Numbered from the stretch's first letter, positions 1 to 9,141 are shown. The stretch is 64,000 nt of DNA from Candidatus Multivoradales bacterium (GCA_965223325.1 CBDCWI010000001.1:960001-1024000), one strand, 5' to 3'. The notes: generated from the letters alone by a model not told the origin. Made by a program: numbers and translations.

Positions 1-131
1 AGACCACCGCCGCGCGGGGGCAGTGCATCGAGGATCGCGGCGGCGATCATGTCGTACTTCCAGCGATCGATCCGCGGGCCGGTCAATTCTCCGTCTGGGT
101 CTTCGCAGAAGACTTTCTCGTTCGACGACAT
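1..131 (-). CDS. Small conserved hypothetical protein (DUF6958-like), runs off the left edge of the window
   Basis: Manual translation from ATG at 131: MSSNEKVFCEDPDGELTGPRIDRWKYDMIAAAILDALPPRGGGL...; GGGAG SD upstream; the 'RIDRWKYD..AIL..LP' pattern recalls DUF6958. Not in the ORF track because it is truncated. Confidence 0.6.
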   Translation of the reverse strand, partial: MSSNEKVFCEDPDGELTGPRIDRWKYDMIAAAILDALPPRGGG

Positions 132-332
132 GGCAGAACTCCCGAGGGCAGTGGAGAGGGACAAGGCGACTCTGCGGAAAGCACTGTCTTTACGCCCGCC
201 CGGCCACTGAGCCCAGGGCGTAAGCGTTCGAGACATTCAGGGGATCGAGAAGAGAATGCTCAATTCTAGCGGACTGGTAGATTCACCCCCAGCTTTCTGG
301 CCGTTACTCAACCTCGTATTTCAGGAGTCCGT

Positions 333-1676
333 ATGGAAACCGCAACCCGCAGCCTCGCCTTGATCGCCCTGTCCTTCTTGCTGACTGGCTCGCTTGCTGC
401 TTCTGAGAACAACACCTGGCCCGCCTGGCGAGGCCACGACCAATCCGGAGTTGCCGTGAGCACCGAAGCGCTGCCGACGGACTGGTCGAAGGAGAACATC
501 CTCTGGAAGACGCCGATCGAGGGCAACGGTCACTCTTCGCCGGTCGTCTGGGCAGACCGAATCTTCCTGACCACCGCCATCGAGGGCGACGAGATCCCGG
601 GTGCCGAACCGCCAGAGCACACGTTCGGCGGCCAGCCGTTCAAACACCCCCAGGCGATGGCCGGCAACCTGCACCACACCTTCAAGGTAATCGCCATCGA
701 CCGCTCGAGCGGCGAGGTCGTGTGGAGCAAGGTCGCCTACGAGGGGCGGGTCTACGACGATCGCCACAAGGACAGCAGCTACGCCTCGCCCACAACAGTC
801 ACCGATGGTGAGCGCGTGATCGCCTACTTTGGTTCGGAGGGGGTCTACTCCTACAAGTGGGACGGCACCCTTGAATGGAAGCGCGATATCGGTGACATCA
901 AGTCGGTGGGCCTCGGGGTCGCGTCGTCACCCGTGCTCCACGGTAGCCTGCTCTTTCTGCAGGCAGACGAGGATTCGGGCGAGCAGTCGTTCATGGTGGC
1001 GCTGGACAAGCGCACCGGCGAAGAGGTCTGGAAGGTCTCACGTGATGTCCAGCTCTCCTGGACGACTCCCCTGATCGTCGAACACTCAACCGGCACCGTC
1101 CTGGTGACAGTCGGCAACGAATGGGTCATCGCCTACGACCCGGCGGGAGGCGAAGAAGTGTGGCGTGTTCCGGGGCTTGCCAACAACGCCATTCACAGCC
1201 CGATGGTGTCGGGCGACCTGCTCATCGCCACCTCGGGCTACCCAGAGAAGAAGGCCTTCGCCGTACGACTGGGAGGCAAGGGCACGCTCGGTAACGACAG
1301 CGTTGCCTGGACCTACGAGAAAGGCCTCGCCTACATCCCGTCGAATGTTCTCTACGACGGCATTCTCTACGTCACCAACGACGGTGGCGTCTTGACGGCC
1401 CTTGACCCGGCCACCGGCGAGGTGATCTACGGAGGGGGTCGATCAGACATCCGGGGGCGCTATGCAGCGTCTCTCGTCGCCGGTGGCGGCCTGATTCTGC
1501 AGGTCAACATGGACGGCGACGCCGCCTTCATCAAGGCGGGCGACGAGCACGAAGTGGTCGCAACGACCTCGATCGACGAACCGGTCTGGGCAACGCCGGC
1601 GATCGTCGACAACATGATCTACCTGCGCTCGCGCGAGAACCTCTACGCCATCGGTAACAAGGCGGCGGCGGAATAG
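333..1676 (+). CDS. Secreted PQQ-binding-like beta-propeller repeat protein (BamB-like family)
   Basis: Signal peptide, WPAWRG start of mature protein, repeated 'ALDxxTGEEVW'/'SSPVV' blades, AGGAG SD. Confidence 0.9.
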   Translation: METATRSLALIALSFLLTGSLAASENNTWPAWRGHDQSGVAVSTEALPTDWSKENILWKTPIEGNGHSSPVVWADRIFLTTAIEGDEIPGAEPPEHTFGGQPFKHPQAMAGNLHHTFKVIAIDRSSGEVVWSKVAYEGRVYDDRHKDSSYASPTTVTDGERVIAYFGSEGVYSYKWDGTLEWKRDIGDIKSVGLGVASSPVLHGSLLFLQADEDSGEQSFMVALDKRTGEEVWKVSRDVQLSWTTPLIVEHSTGTVLVTVGNEWVIAYDPAGGEEVWRVPGLANNAIHSPMVSGDLLIATSGYPEKKAFAVRLGGKGTLGNDSVAWTYEKGLAYIPSNVLYDGILYVTNDGGVLTALDPATGEVIYGGGRSDIRGRYAASLVAGGGLILQVNMDGDAAFIKAGDEHEVVATTSIDEPVWATPAIVDNMIYLRSRENLYAIGNKAAAE

Positions 1677-1687
1677 GAAGGGAGCGC

Positions 1688-1713
1688 CGCCGGGACACGA
1701 GTCGGTCCCGGCG
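1688..1713. terminator. GC-rich hairpin between convergent genes
   Basis: CGCCGGGAC-N8-GTCCCGGCG 9-bp inverted repeat just after the stop at 1676; no clear U-tract. Confidence 0.4.
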
Positions 1714-1745
1714 CGTTGTCTCGGGCGCGTTGCTCAGGCGCTGTC

Positions 1746-3149
1746 TCAGGTGGTCTCCCAGCGCCGGGCGAGACAACGCGCGACCGCCATCAAGGTGGCG
1801 CCGATCAAACACATCATGGCGACCTCGGGGGCGATCGAGCGCAGAATGTCGAGCACCCCGGCACCCGGAGCGTCGTACCAGAAGACGTCGAGGAAGCCGT
1901 CGAGCGCCCAGCCGTTGAAGGTGAAGCGAGAGAGCGGCTCGAGAAACGACGGCATGATGTAGCGCGGCACCATGCTGCCGCCGAGCGCCGACATGATGAG
2001 AATCAAAATGGTGGCCATGCCGTTGAGCTGGGCCCGGGTCTTCGCCAGGGCAGCGAGCATCAAGGCGAAGGCAGACGCTGCGCCCGCGGTCACCACAGCC
2101 ATCACCAGGCAACCCACGAAATGGGGTGCGGTAAACAGGTCAACGTCAAAGACCAACGCTCCCCAAACGAACATCAAGAGCACCTGCAAGATCCCGATCG
2201 CCGTGAACCACGCCCAGTAGGCGCCGAGCAGCGTGCCCATCGTGGCGCTCGACGACAACAGGCGCTCGAGAGTCCCGAGCTCGGCCTCGTCTAAGAGGCC
2301 GCTGGCTGCACCGGTGATCGAGAACAGAAGGAACATCACGCCAAAACCGGCGGCGTAGTAGCTCGCCATCGACGGCTGCTTTTCGTCGTCGTCGGCGTGC
2401 GCCGCGGTTGAGGTGACGTCGACGAGACCGGCCATCGCACCGGCGGTGCCTCCCGCATCAAGAGCGCCCTGGCCCTGGAGCATCGGCTGAGCAGCTTCGA
2501 ACGCCGCCTTCTGTTCGTCGGTCAAACCGCCTCCGAACGTGTCGAGAAACTCCATTCCCGTCTCCATCAACCGGCTCGGCGCCGCCTGCATCACGGCTGC
2601 CTGCACCAGTCCCCCGATGGTGTGTTGCGCCATCGGGTTCGAGGCGTCATAGATGACCTCGAACTGCGGTGGTGTTCCTGCCAACGCACCGAGTTGATCG
2701 GCGAAACCCGGCGGAATGAGGAGGGCTGCCGCAATGTCGCCAGAGCGCACGGCGAGGAAGGCCGCATCCCGACGTTCCGTTTCGCCGAGCGTTGTTGCTC
2801 CATCGGGCAGTTCGGGGTCCTCTCGGACGGCGAGGGCCTCATTGCCCGCCAGTGATGCCACCAGAGCGCGACTTGCGCCACTGTTGTCGAGATCGACAAT
2901 GCGGAGCTCGATCGGGCGCAGCGTTGCGCCGCCACCGCCGCCACTGCGGGCACCGAAGATGGTCGCGAAGATCGAGAAGAACACCATCGGCAGAACGAAC
3001 GCCAGGAAGAGCGCCGTCTTGTCGCGACGCAAAGTCCTCCAGAGAACCCACAGCAGCGTCGGAATACCCCGCACGGTTCGGACGAAGCCAGTGGGAGGCG
3101 GTGAGGTGTTGGACACAGAAGCGCTCAATCGCCTACTCCCGCAACTCAT
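1746..3149 (-). CDS. ABC-2 type exporter permease
   Basis: N-terminal TM helix, large extracytoplasmic loop, 'EAELGTLERLL' motif and five C-terminal TM helices; start uncertain (ATG 3149 overlapping the ATPase, or GTG 3116). Confidence 0.9.
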   Translation of the reverse strand: MSCGSRRLSASVSNTSPPPTGFVRTVRGIPTLLWVLWRTLRRDKTALFLAFVLPMVFFSIFATIFGARSGGGGGATLRPIELRIVDLDNSGASRALVASLAGNEALAVREDPELPDGATTLGETERRDAAFLAVRSGDIAAALLIPPGFADQLGALAGTPPQFEVIYDASNPMAQHTIGGLVQAAVMQAAPSRLMETGMEFLDTFGGGLTDEQKAAFEAAQPMLQGQGALDAGGTAGAMAGLVDVTSTAAHADDDEKQPSMASYYAAGFGVMFLLFSITGAASGLLDEAELGTLERLLSSSATMGTLLGAYWAWFTAIGILQVLLMFVWGALVFDVDLFTAPHFVGCLVMAVVTAGAASAFALMLAALAKTRAQLNGMATILILIMSALGGSMVPRYIMPSFLEPLSRFTFNGWALDGFLDVFWYDAPGAGVLDILRSIAPEVAMMCLIGATLMAVARCLARRWETT

Positions 3150-4131
3150 GGCCGGTGAGGTGAAGAAAGACGTCCTGGAGAGTCGGAGCTTCGACTTCCA
3201 GGTCGGTGACGAGGACGCCGGCGCGGCGCAGTTCTTCGAGTCGCCTGGGTAGCTCTCGGGCGAGGTCCTCGAGGCGAAACTCGAGAGCGTCGGGCGGCCG
3301 CGGTGTAAAGGCCGAAAGCTCTGCGGCGGCCTCCGTGTTCGTCGCCCTGACGGTCACCAGGCGGCCCGAACCGATCGTCCGGTCGACGAGCTCATCGAAA
3401 CGTCCGCTGGCAACCGTTCGGCCGTGGTCGACGATCGTGATGCGCTCGCAGACCTGCTGTGCCTCGTCGAGCTGATGGGTTGTCAAGAGTAGCGACGCTC
3501 CACCGCGCTGCAACTCGGCGAGCATCTCCCAGATGCGTTCGCGGCTGTGCGGATCGACCCCGACGGTCGGCTCGTCGAGCAGCAGGATCGACGGCTCATG
3601 CAACGTGGCACAGGCGAGATTGAGGCGTCGCTTCATGCCACCCGAGAACCCTTCCACGAGGTCGTTCCGGCGGTCCTCCAGGTTTGTCCACGAGAGCGCT
3701 TCGGCGACCCGACGCGCCAGGTCACCGTCGGCGACCCCCTGCAGAGCTCCCCAGGCCGCGAGATTCTCCGCCGCCGTCAGCCGGGGATAGAGCGCCACCT
3801 CCTGCGGCACGATGCCGAGCGTGTCGCGAAGCACCAGGGAGGCGGGCGAGCGGGCGACGGTGCGGCCGTGAATTGTGATCGAACCGGAGTCGAGTTCAAC
3901 GCGCCCCGCCAGGGCACGAATCAAGGTGGTCTTGCCAGCTCCGTTGGGCCCGAGTAAGCCCAACCACTCGCCGCGAGCGAGGGACACGTCGACACCCGCC
4001 AGAGCCTGGGTGTCACCGAAGCGCTTGTGGGCGCCGCGAACTTCGAGCACCGTCTCGATTCCTGAGGCGGTCGGTGAGGCGGCGCTCTCCGAACGGCGCT
4101 CGTCGGCGGGCTGGGAGATGGAATCGTTCAC
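3133..4131 (-). CDS. ABC exporter ATP-binding protein
   Basis: Walker A GPNGAGKTT, signature FSGGMKRR, Walker B LLLDEPT, C-terminal 'PTLQDVFLHLTG'. Confidence 0.95.
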   Translation of the reverse strand: MNDSISQPADERRSESAASPTASGIETVLEVRGAHKRFGDTQALAGVDVSLARGEWLGLLGPNGAGKTTLIRALAGRVELDSGSITIHGRTVARSPASLVLRDTLGIVPQEVALYPRLTAAENLAAWGALQGVADGDLARRVAEALSWTNLEDRRNDLVEGFSGGMKRRLNLACATLHEPSILLLDEPTVGVDPHSRERIWEMLAELQRGGASLLLTTHQLDEAQQVCERITIVDHGRTVASGRFDELVDRTIGSGRLVTVRATNTEAAAELSAFTPRPPDALEFRLEDLARELPRRLEELRRAGVLVTDLEVEAPTLQDVFLHLTGHELRE

Positions 4132-4240
4132 GGCGATCAGAGAGTACGCCAGCAGTCGGTCAGGGTGTTGTTCACAAGTCCTCCGCGGTTTCTATGCGCC
4201 GATCTCAACCGACCGACCGGTTGGACTTTGGCTCCCTCTC

Positions 4241-4269
4241 TTGACGCTCCCTACGCTTCGTCCTAACCT
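4241..4269 (+). promoter_or_regulatory. Sigma70-type promoter pointing into the intergenic region
   Basis: TTGACG (4241-4246), 17-bp spacer, TAACCT (4264-4269). Confidence 0.55.
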
Positions 4270-4276
4270 TCTGTTC

Positions 4277-4912
4277 AGTTCGACGCGCGCTGCCCTTCTG
4301 GGTCCTGAGGCCCGCTCACCAAGGAGCCGGGCCCGAATGCGGGCCCAACGATGGAGAGCAGCTCAGCCGTTAGAGGAGGCACCCATGAGTCCGCCGGACC
4401 ACCGTCAGCCCTCGGAAACCGGGTACGGTGACCTGACCGAGGGCCCAGAAAATCACCGGGCGAACGATCGAAGAGCCTGACGAGCCCGCGAAACATTCGC
4501 AACGACGGGCCGACCGTCCGTCGCGTGACCTCCAACCAAAGAGGTCGGGCCAGCTCGCCACCCTGCGGAACTCGTTGGAACGGGGACCGTCACTGACACG
4601 ACGAGCGTCGAGAGAGTCCCGCAACTCTCAGAGACCCCTGCTCTGACCCGCCTCTCCCATCGGTAGCACTGGCCTCGAAAGTTTACCGCCCCGGCGCGTC
4701 GCGCCTCCCGCCAGATCGCCGTGTCTCGACCACGACCCTCGGCCCTGGCAGCCAGGCAGCAGACCCCGGATGCGAGAACTCGAACGCGACGTACGAGCCG
4801 TTCCGCAAGTGCGACCCCATCGGTCTCTTGACCAAGAGCGGTGCACTCGCCGCCAAACGATCCACGCAGACGTTCAAAGAGCGCAGCGGACCACCGCTGC
4901 GCTCTTTCTCTT
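4277..4912 (+). ncRNA. Candidate large structured non-coding RNA (family not recognised)
   Basis: Upstream promoter, downstream 14-bp hairpin, no credible long ORF, many local hairpins and five nested long-range helices (see findings). Confidence 0.5.
4876..4912. terminator. Probable bidirectional intrinsic terminator
   Basis: AAAGAGCGCAGCGG-ACCA-CCGCTGCGCTCTTT perfect 14-bp stem, with TTTCTCTT at its + strand end and TTT at its - strand end; about 90 bp downstream of glnK. Confidence 0.8.
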
Positions 4913-4926
4913 CGTCGACCGCGAGC

Positions 4927-4985
4927 GCCCGGCAACGGCCCGGCAATCGACAGGCAATTGCCCGGGAAACGACTGGGGTGAATCT
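4927..4985. repeat. Four degenerate 11-bp tandem units plus conserved 15-mer (copy 1 of a dispersed element)
   Basis: GCCCGGCAACG/GCCCGGCAATC/GACAGGCAATT/GCCCGGGAAAC then GACTGGGGTGAATCT, whose reverse complement matches 53487-53501 at 14/15 positions. Confidence 0.65.
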
Positions 4986-4998
4986 CTGATTCCTCGGG

Positions 4999-5340
4999 TC
5001 AGCCGATGGCGACGGGACCTCGCTCGCCGGTGCGAATGCGGACGACCTCGCCGAGGTCGAGCACGAAGAGCTTGCCGTCACCAATCTTGCCGGTCTGGGC
5101 TCCCCCGGACACGGCGCTGATGACCTTTTCAACGAACTCGTCGTTGACTGCGATCTCGATCTTCGCCTTGCGCAGGAGTCGACCGCCTTCTTTGTGGCTG
5201 CGGTAGACCTCGGACACGCCCTTCTGGCGCCCGCGGCCCATGACGGGCGTCACGGTACACAGATGCACCTCCGCTTCATCGAGTTTGTCGAGCACTTCGT
5301 CGAGCCGATCCGGCTGAACGATCGCAATGATGTACTTCAC
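4999..5340 (-). CDS. glnK: P-II family nitrogen regulatory protein
   Basis: MKYIIAIVQP..., GRGRQKG, T-loop EVYR, TGKIGDGKLFV, VRIRTGERG; directly downstream of amtB. Confidence 0.95.
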   Translation of the reverse strand: MKYIIAIVQPDRLDEVLDKLDEAEVHLCTVTPVMGRGRQKGVSEVYRSHKEGGRLLRKAKIEIAVNDEFVEKVISAVSGGAQTGKIGDGKLFVLDLGEVVRIRTGERGPVAIG

Positions 5341-5379
5341 GACCTTTTCTCCTCCAGTCTTTAGGTTCTTCGTGCTCGC

Positions 5380-6747
5380 CTAGTCGACGAGGGTGTAGGC
5401 GGTTTCGCGATGCGACGCCAGGTCGAGACCGAGGCGCTCTTCATCGTCTGAGACCCGCAGCCCCACCACCAGGTCGATGACCTTGAGAAGCAGGAAGGAC
5501 GCCAGAGAAGCGTAGACGAGGGTGTAGAGAACTGCCTTCATCTGAATGAGGAGCTGACCGGGGTTGCCGAAGAAGAGACCGTTGATGTCGTTGCCAGGAA
5601 CGGCACTCGTTGCCCACAGTCCGGCGGCGAGGGCGCCCCAAATGCCGGCGACCCCGTGCACGCCGAAGACGTCGAGTGAGTCGTCGTAGCCAAACCGTGG
5701 TTTGAGCACCGTCACAGCTGGCCAGGCGATCACCGACGCGAAACCGCCAACACCAAGCGCCCCGAGGGCATTGACCGAACCACAAGCGGGTGTGATCGCA
5801 ACCAGACCGGCAACCGCACCCGTGATCGCACCGAGAAGCGTTGGCTTCTTCTCGCGCAGCCAGTCGAGTATCGCCCAGCCCAGCGCACCCGCAGCCGCCG
5901 CGACATGCGTCACCACCAGAGCGTTGGCGGCGCTGGCGTTGGCGCCCAGAGCGCTGCCGGCGTTGAAGCCAAACCATCCGAACCACAACAGGCCGGTCCC
6001 CAGAACTGCAAACGGCAGGTTGTGCGGCGGCGACATGCCGTCGGGGTAGTCGCGCCTGCGACCGAGCACCAGCGCCGCCACCAGGGCCGAGACCCCGGCG
6101 TTGATGTGCACGACCGTTCCGCCCGCGAAGTCGAGAGCGTTGTCGGCGCCAAGGCCGAAAAAGCCTTCGGCTCCACCCCACACCCAGTGACACACCGGAG
6201 CGTAGACCAGCAGCAGCCAGAGTCCACTGAACCAACACAAAGCGCTGAACTTGATGCGTTCGGCAAAGGCACCCACCATGAGCGCCGGAGTAATGACTGC
6301 GAACATACCCTGAAAGATCATGAACAGCTGGCCCGGAATCGTCGTCCCATCCCAGGCATCGAAACCGACGCCGCGCAGAAAGAAGTAGTCGCCACCACCG
6401 ATGAAGCCGCCGAGGCGGTCGGAGCCGAAGGCCAGGCTGAAGCCAAACAAGATCCACAGGACGGTCATCAGCCCCATGCACAGAAAGCACTGCATGAGTA
6501 TCGACAAGATGTTCTTGCGGCGCACCAGGCCACCGTAGAAGAACGCCAGGCCGGGCGTCATGAGAAGAACCATCGCGCTGGCCATCAGGACCCAGGCGGT
6601 GTCGCCAGTGTCGATTCCTCCCTGCTCGGAGGCGAGGAGCGGTGGCGTGGCGGCAACGGCCCCGATGAGAAAGGTCGAGAAGACCGCCGCTGGAAAACGA
6701 AGTAGGAGCCAGCGCGGCCTGTGCTGCGGCGGAGAACTGGGGGTCAT
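5380..6747 (-). CDS. amtB: Ammonium transporter
   Basis: DTAWVL..LMTPGLAFFYGG, DFAGGTVVHINAG, WFGWFGFNAGS, DDSLDVFGVHG (twin His). Confidence 0.97.
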   Translation of the reverse strand: MTPSSPPQHRPRWLLLRFPAAVFSTFLIGAVAATPPLLASEQGGIDTGDTAWVLMASAMVLLMTPGLAFFYGGLVRRKNILSILMQCFLCMGLMTVLWILFGFSLAFGSDRLGGFIGGGDYFFLRGVGFDAWDGTTIPGQLFMIFQGMFAVITPALMVGAFAERIKFSALCWFSGLWLLLVYAPVCHWVWGGAEGFFGLGADNALDFAGGTVVHINAGVSALVAALVLGRRRDYPDGMSPPHNLPFAVLGTGLLWFGWFGFNAGSALGANASAANALVVTHVAAAAGALGWAILDWLREKKPTLLGAITGAVAGLVAITPACGSVNALGALGVGGFASVIAWPAVTVLKPRFGYDDSLDVFGVHGVAGIWGALAAGLWATSAVPGNDINGLFFGNPGQLLIQMKAVLYTLVYASLASFLLLKVIDLVVGLRVSDDEERLGLDLASHRETAYTLVD

Positions 6748-6824
6748 GGAGCAACCTCGGCGGTGATGGATTGTTCGCGGTCCGAACGACGGATTCGTTC
6801 AACGGTGTCGATGCCTGTCGGAAG

Positions 6825-6841
6825 AGCAAGGGCCACGCCAA
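6825..6841 (-). promoter_or_regulatory. Sigma54 (-24/-12) promoter of amtB-glnK
   Basis: Minus strand TTGGCGTGGCCCTTGCT: GG-N10-GC spacing, about 80 bp upstream of the amtB start; fits established NtrC/sigma54 control of amtB. Confidence 0.75.
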
Positions 6842-7023
6842 CTTGCGGATCAACCCGCGTGGCCATTGGCAAGACCTTTAAGCTGAAGCGTTTACGCCAC
6901 CAGATGGGAGCACCGCCAGGATCCGCCGAGGCGTCGTGGGGCTCGACATCTTCGTCACTCCGCGCCTCTCGGTCGACAAGACTGTCGCTTCAGAAGGGCG
7001 CTATAGTCGATGTGTCATCTAAC

Positions 7024-7250
7024 GGGAACGGTTCGCGATTTCGTCGCGTGAAAAGGGAAACCGGTGTGAATCCGGTGCGGCCCCCGCCACTGTGACCAGG
7101 GACGACCCCGCTCGTGAGCGCGCTCGACATCGTTTCGTCGAGCGGCGCTCGACCACTGAGGCCATTGATACCCATCCAGAAGGTGTCTCGGGCCCTGGGA
7201 AGGTTCTGCGACGGTCGGTTGATCTGGACAGTCAGGAGACCTGCCATTCC
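7024..7250 (+). ncRNA. Cobalamin (AdoCbl) riboswitch
   Basis: AAAAGGGAAACCGGTGTGAATCCGGTGCGGCCCCCGCCACTGT core, CCACTG...GGGAAGG, B12 box GTCAGGAGACCTGCC; directly upstream of a TonB-dependent receptor; TATAGT -10 at 7002-7007. Confidence 0.95.
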
Positions 7251-7275
7251 TCGAGCTTGAAACGGGAGGTTTCGA

Positions 7276-9126
7276 ATGCCACAGGTCTACAGGGCGCTTC
7301 TGTCTGCCCTCATCCTCTTCGCTCTTGGTTCTTCGGGCCATGCACAGGTAGAGGGCGAACCGCTCGACATCTCTGAACGCATCACCGTCACGGCGACCGG
7401 CGACGACGCTATCGCGGATCACGTGCCCGTCGCGGTAACGGTCATCCCCCGCGATGAAATCGACAACGCCCAGGAAGAGTCGGTCGCAGATCTCATCCGA
7501 CGGGTCCCCGGCGTCACCGTCATGCGAAGTGGTGATGAAGGCGCGGCCGCTTCCTTCTTCCTTCGTGGCACCGAGTCGGACCACGTCCTGGCACTGTTCG
7601 ACGGCGTGCGGCTCAACTCGCCGTACTTCGGCGGCTACGACTGGTCCCTGCACTCGACCGCCGGGGCAGAGCGCATTGAAGTGGTGCGCGGCCCGTTCTC
7701 AGCACTCTGGGGAGCAGACGCGGCTGGCGGTGCGGTGAACGTGATTCCAGTGCGCGGCTCCCGGGAAAGCAGCCTGGCACTCCACGGCGCCGCCGGTGAG
7801 GGCGATTGGCGGAGGATCGAGGCGCGAGTGGGCTGGACGGATGAAAGCTGGGACCTCGCGGCATCGGGCTTCGACCGAGAGGGCCGAAGCGACGCGCCAA
7901 ATAGCGACTTCAGCAACCGGCAATTGCTCTTTCACGGCGGCTACGCCTGGAACGACGGCAACCGTGCCGCCTTCGTCTACCAGGACCTCGACGGCGCTCT
8001 CGGAGTCCCCTTCTCCGACCCAGTGACTCCGTCGCCCCGCCGGCGACAGGAAACGAGCGAGCGGCTGGCGGCTCTACCGCTGCACTTCGCACCCGCGGCG
8101 CGCTGGAACCTGGAGCTCGTGCCGTCGTTCGTCGAGCGCGAACTGTTCTTCAGCGACCCCGACGACACCTTCGGCTTCACCCGCAGCACGACCCTTGCGG
8201 ATACCGAATCGGCACGCCTTGTCAGTCGGCACGAGCTGCCCAGCGCCGGCGGTGCACACCAGATCAGTTGGGGTGCCGAGTGGCGCCGCGACGAGGTCTT
8301 CGCGCGCTCGAACTTCGGCGTCGATCTGAAGGGCAGCCGCTCCACCATCTCAGGCCTTTTCATGCAGGACCAGTGGCAACCGTCGACTCGTTGGACCCTC
8401 CTCGCCGGCGCGCGCTACGACGACGCCAGCGAGTTCGGTTCGCAGTTCTCTCCGCGGGTGGCGCTGGGCTACCAGGCGACCGACCGGGTCACGCTGCGCG
8501 CCAGTTACGGCCGCGCTTTCCGGCAACCCTCGATTGGTGAGCTCTTCTTCCCTGGCTCGGGCAATCCACAACTCTCGGCCGAGCACTCCGAGTCGGCCGA
8601 AGTCGGCATGACCTGGAGAACCGGCAAGGCGCGGCTGGAGCTGGCGGTCTTCAGAAGCGAAACCGACGACATGATCAACTTCGAGTTCACCTCCTTCTCG
8701 TTCGCCAACATCGATTCCGCCGAGGTGAGTGGGGCCGAGCTGAGTTGGAGTCTTCCGATCACGAAAGACGTCTCTTCGACTCTCGGCGCCACCTGGCTCG
8801 ACAGTGAAGACCAGAACGGACAGCCCCTCTTGCGGCGTCCCGAATGGGGCGCCTCCTGGACTCTCAGAGGGCGGTTCGGCAGCCGCGTGCGGGCTGACCT
8901 GTCGGCGATCTTCGTTGGCTCACGCGACGACGTCGACGCGCTCACCTTCGGCCGCGTTCGGTCACCCAGTCATACGGCCGCGAACGTCGCCATCGCCTAC
9001 CGTCTCGGCGGCGCCTTCGCGCTCACCGCGCGCGCCACCAACCTCCTCGATCGCGGCTACCAGGAGGTCAACGGGTTCCCTGCTCCCGGTCGTCGACTGA
9101 TCGGAGGAATTCGGTGGTCGGGGTGA
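7276..9126 (+). CDS. btuB: TonB-dependent receptor, probable vitamin B12 transporter
   Basis: Signal peptide, TonB box 'ITVTAT', plug 'ERIEVVRGPFSALWG..A.GGAVN', barrel 'NLLDRGY'; lies under a cobalamin riboswitch. Confidence 0.88.
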   Translation: MPQVYRALLSALILFALGSSGHAQVEGEPLDISERITVTATGDDAIADHVPVAVTVIPRDEIDNAQEESVADLIRRVPGVTVMRSGDEGAAASFFLRGTESDHVLALFDGVRLNSPYFGGYDWSLHSTAGAERIEVVRGPFSALWGADAAGGAVNVIPVRGSRESSLALHGAAGEGDWRRIEARVGWTDESWDLAASGFDREGRSDAPNSDFSNRQLLFHGGYAWNDGNRAAFVYQDLDGALGVPFSDPVTPSPRRRQETSERLAALPLHFAPAARWNLELVPSFVERELFFSDPDDTFGFTRSTTLADTESARLVSRHELPSAGGAHQISWGAEWRRDEVFARSNFGVDLKGSRSTISGLFMQDQWQPSTRWTLLAGARYDDASEFGSQFSPRVALGYQATDRVTLRASYGRAFRQPSIGELFFPGSGNPQLSAEHSESAEVGMTWRTGKARLELAVFRSETDDMINFEFTSFSFANIDSAEVSGAELSWSLPITKDVSSTLGATWLDSEDQNGQPLLRRPEWGASWTLRGRFGSRVRADLSAIFVGSRDDVDALTFGRVRSPSHTAANVAIAYRLGGAFALTARATNLLDRGYQEVNGFPAPGRRLIGGIRWSG

Positions 9127-9141
9127 GCGATGTTTCTTACC

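Noticed and set aside
4353-4430. tRNA D-arm-like AGCTCAGCCGTTAGAG
   Set aside because: No T-arm (GTTCRA), acceptor stem or CCA follows; not a tRNA gene.
4460-4500. Hammerhead-like core CTGACGAG-CCCG-CGAAAC closed by GCGAA/TTCGC
   Set aside because: Stem II would be a single base pair, no stem I can be formed, and stem III is mismatched next to the putative NUH site; not a canonical hammerhead.
4625-4640. CTCAGAGAC resembling a group I intron R element or glycine riboswitch end
   Set aside because: No matching S element or glycine aptamer core was found, and there is no downstream gene on that strand.
4795-4830. GAGCCG...CGGTCTC resembling group II intron domain V
   Set aside because: Spacing, bulge and GNRA loop do not fit; no GUGYG 5' end or interrupted gene was found.
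5441-6853. 470-aa same-strand alternative-frame ORF over amtB
   Set aside because: Arg/Ala/Gly-rich shadow frame expected from high GC3 codon bias; no protein motifs.
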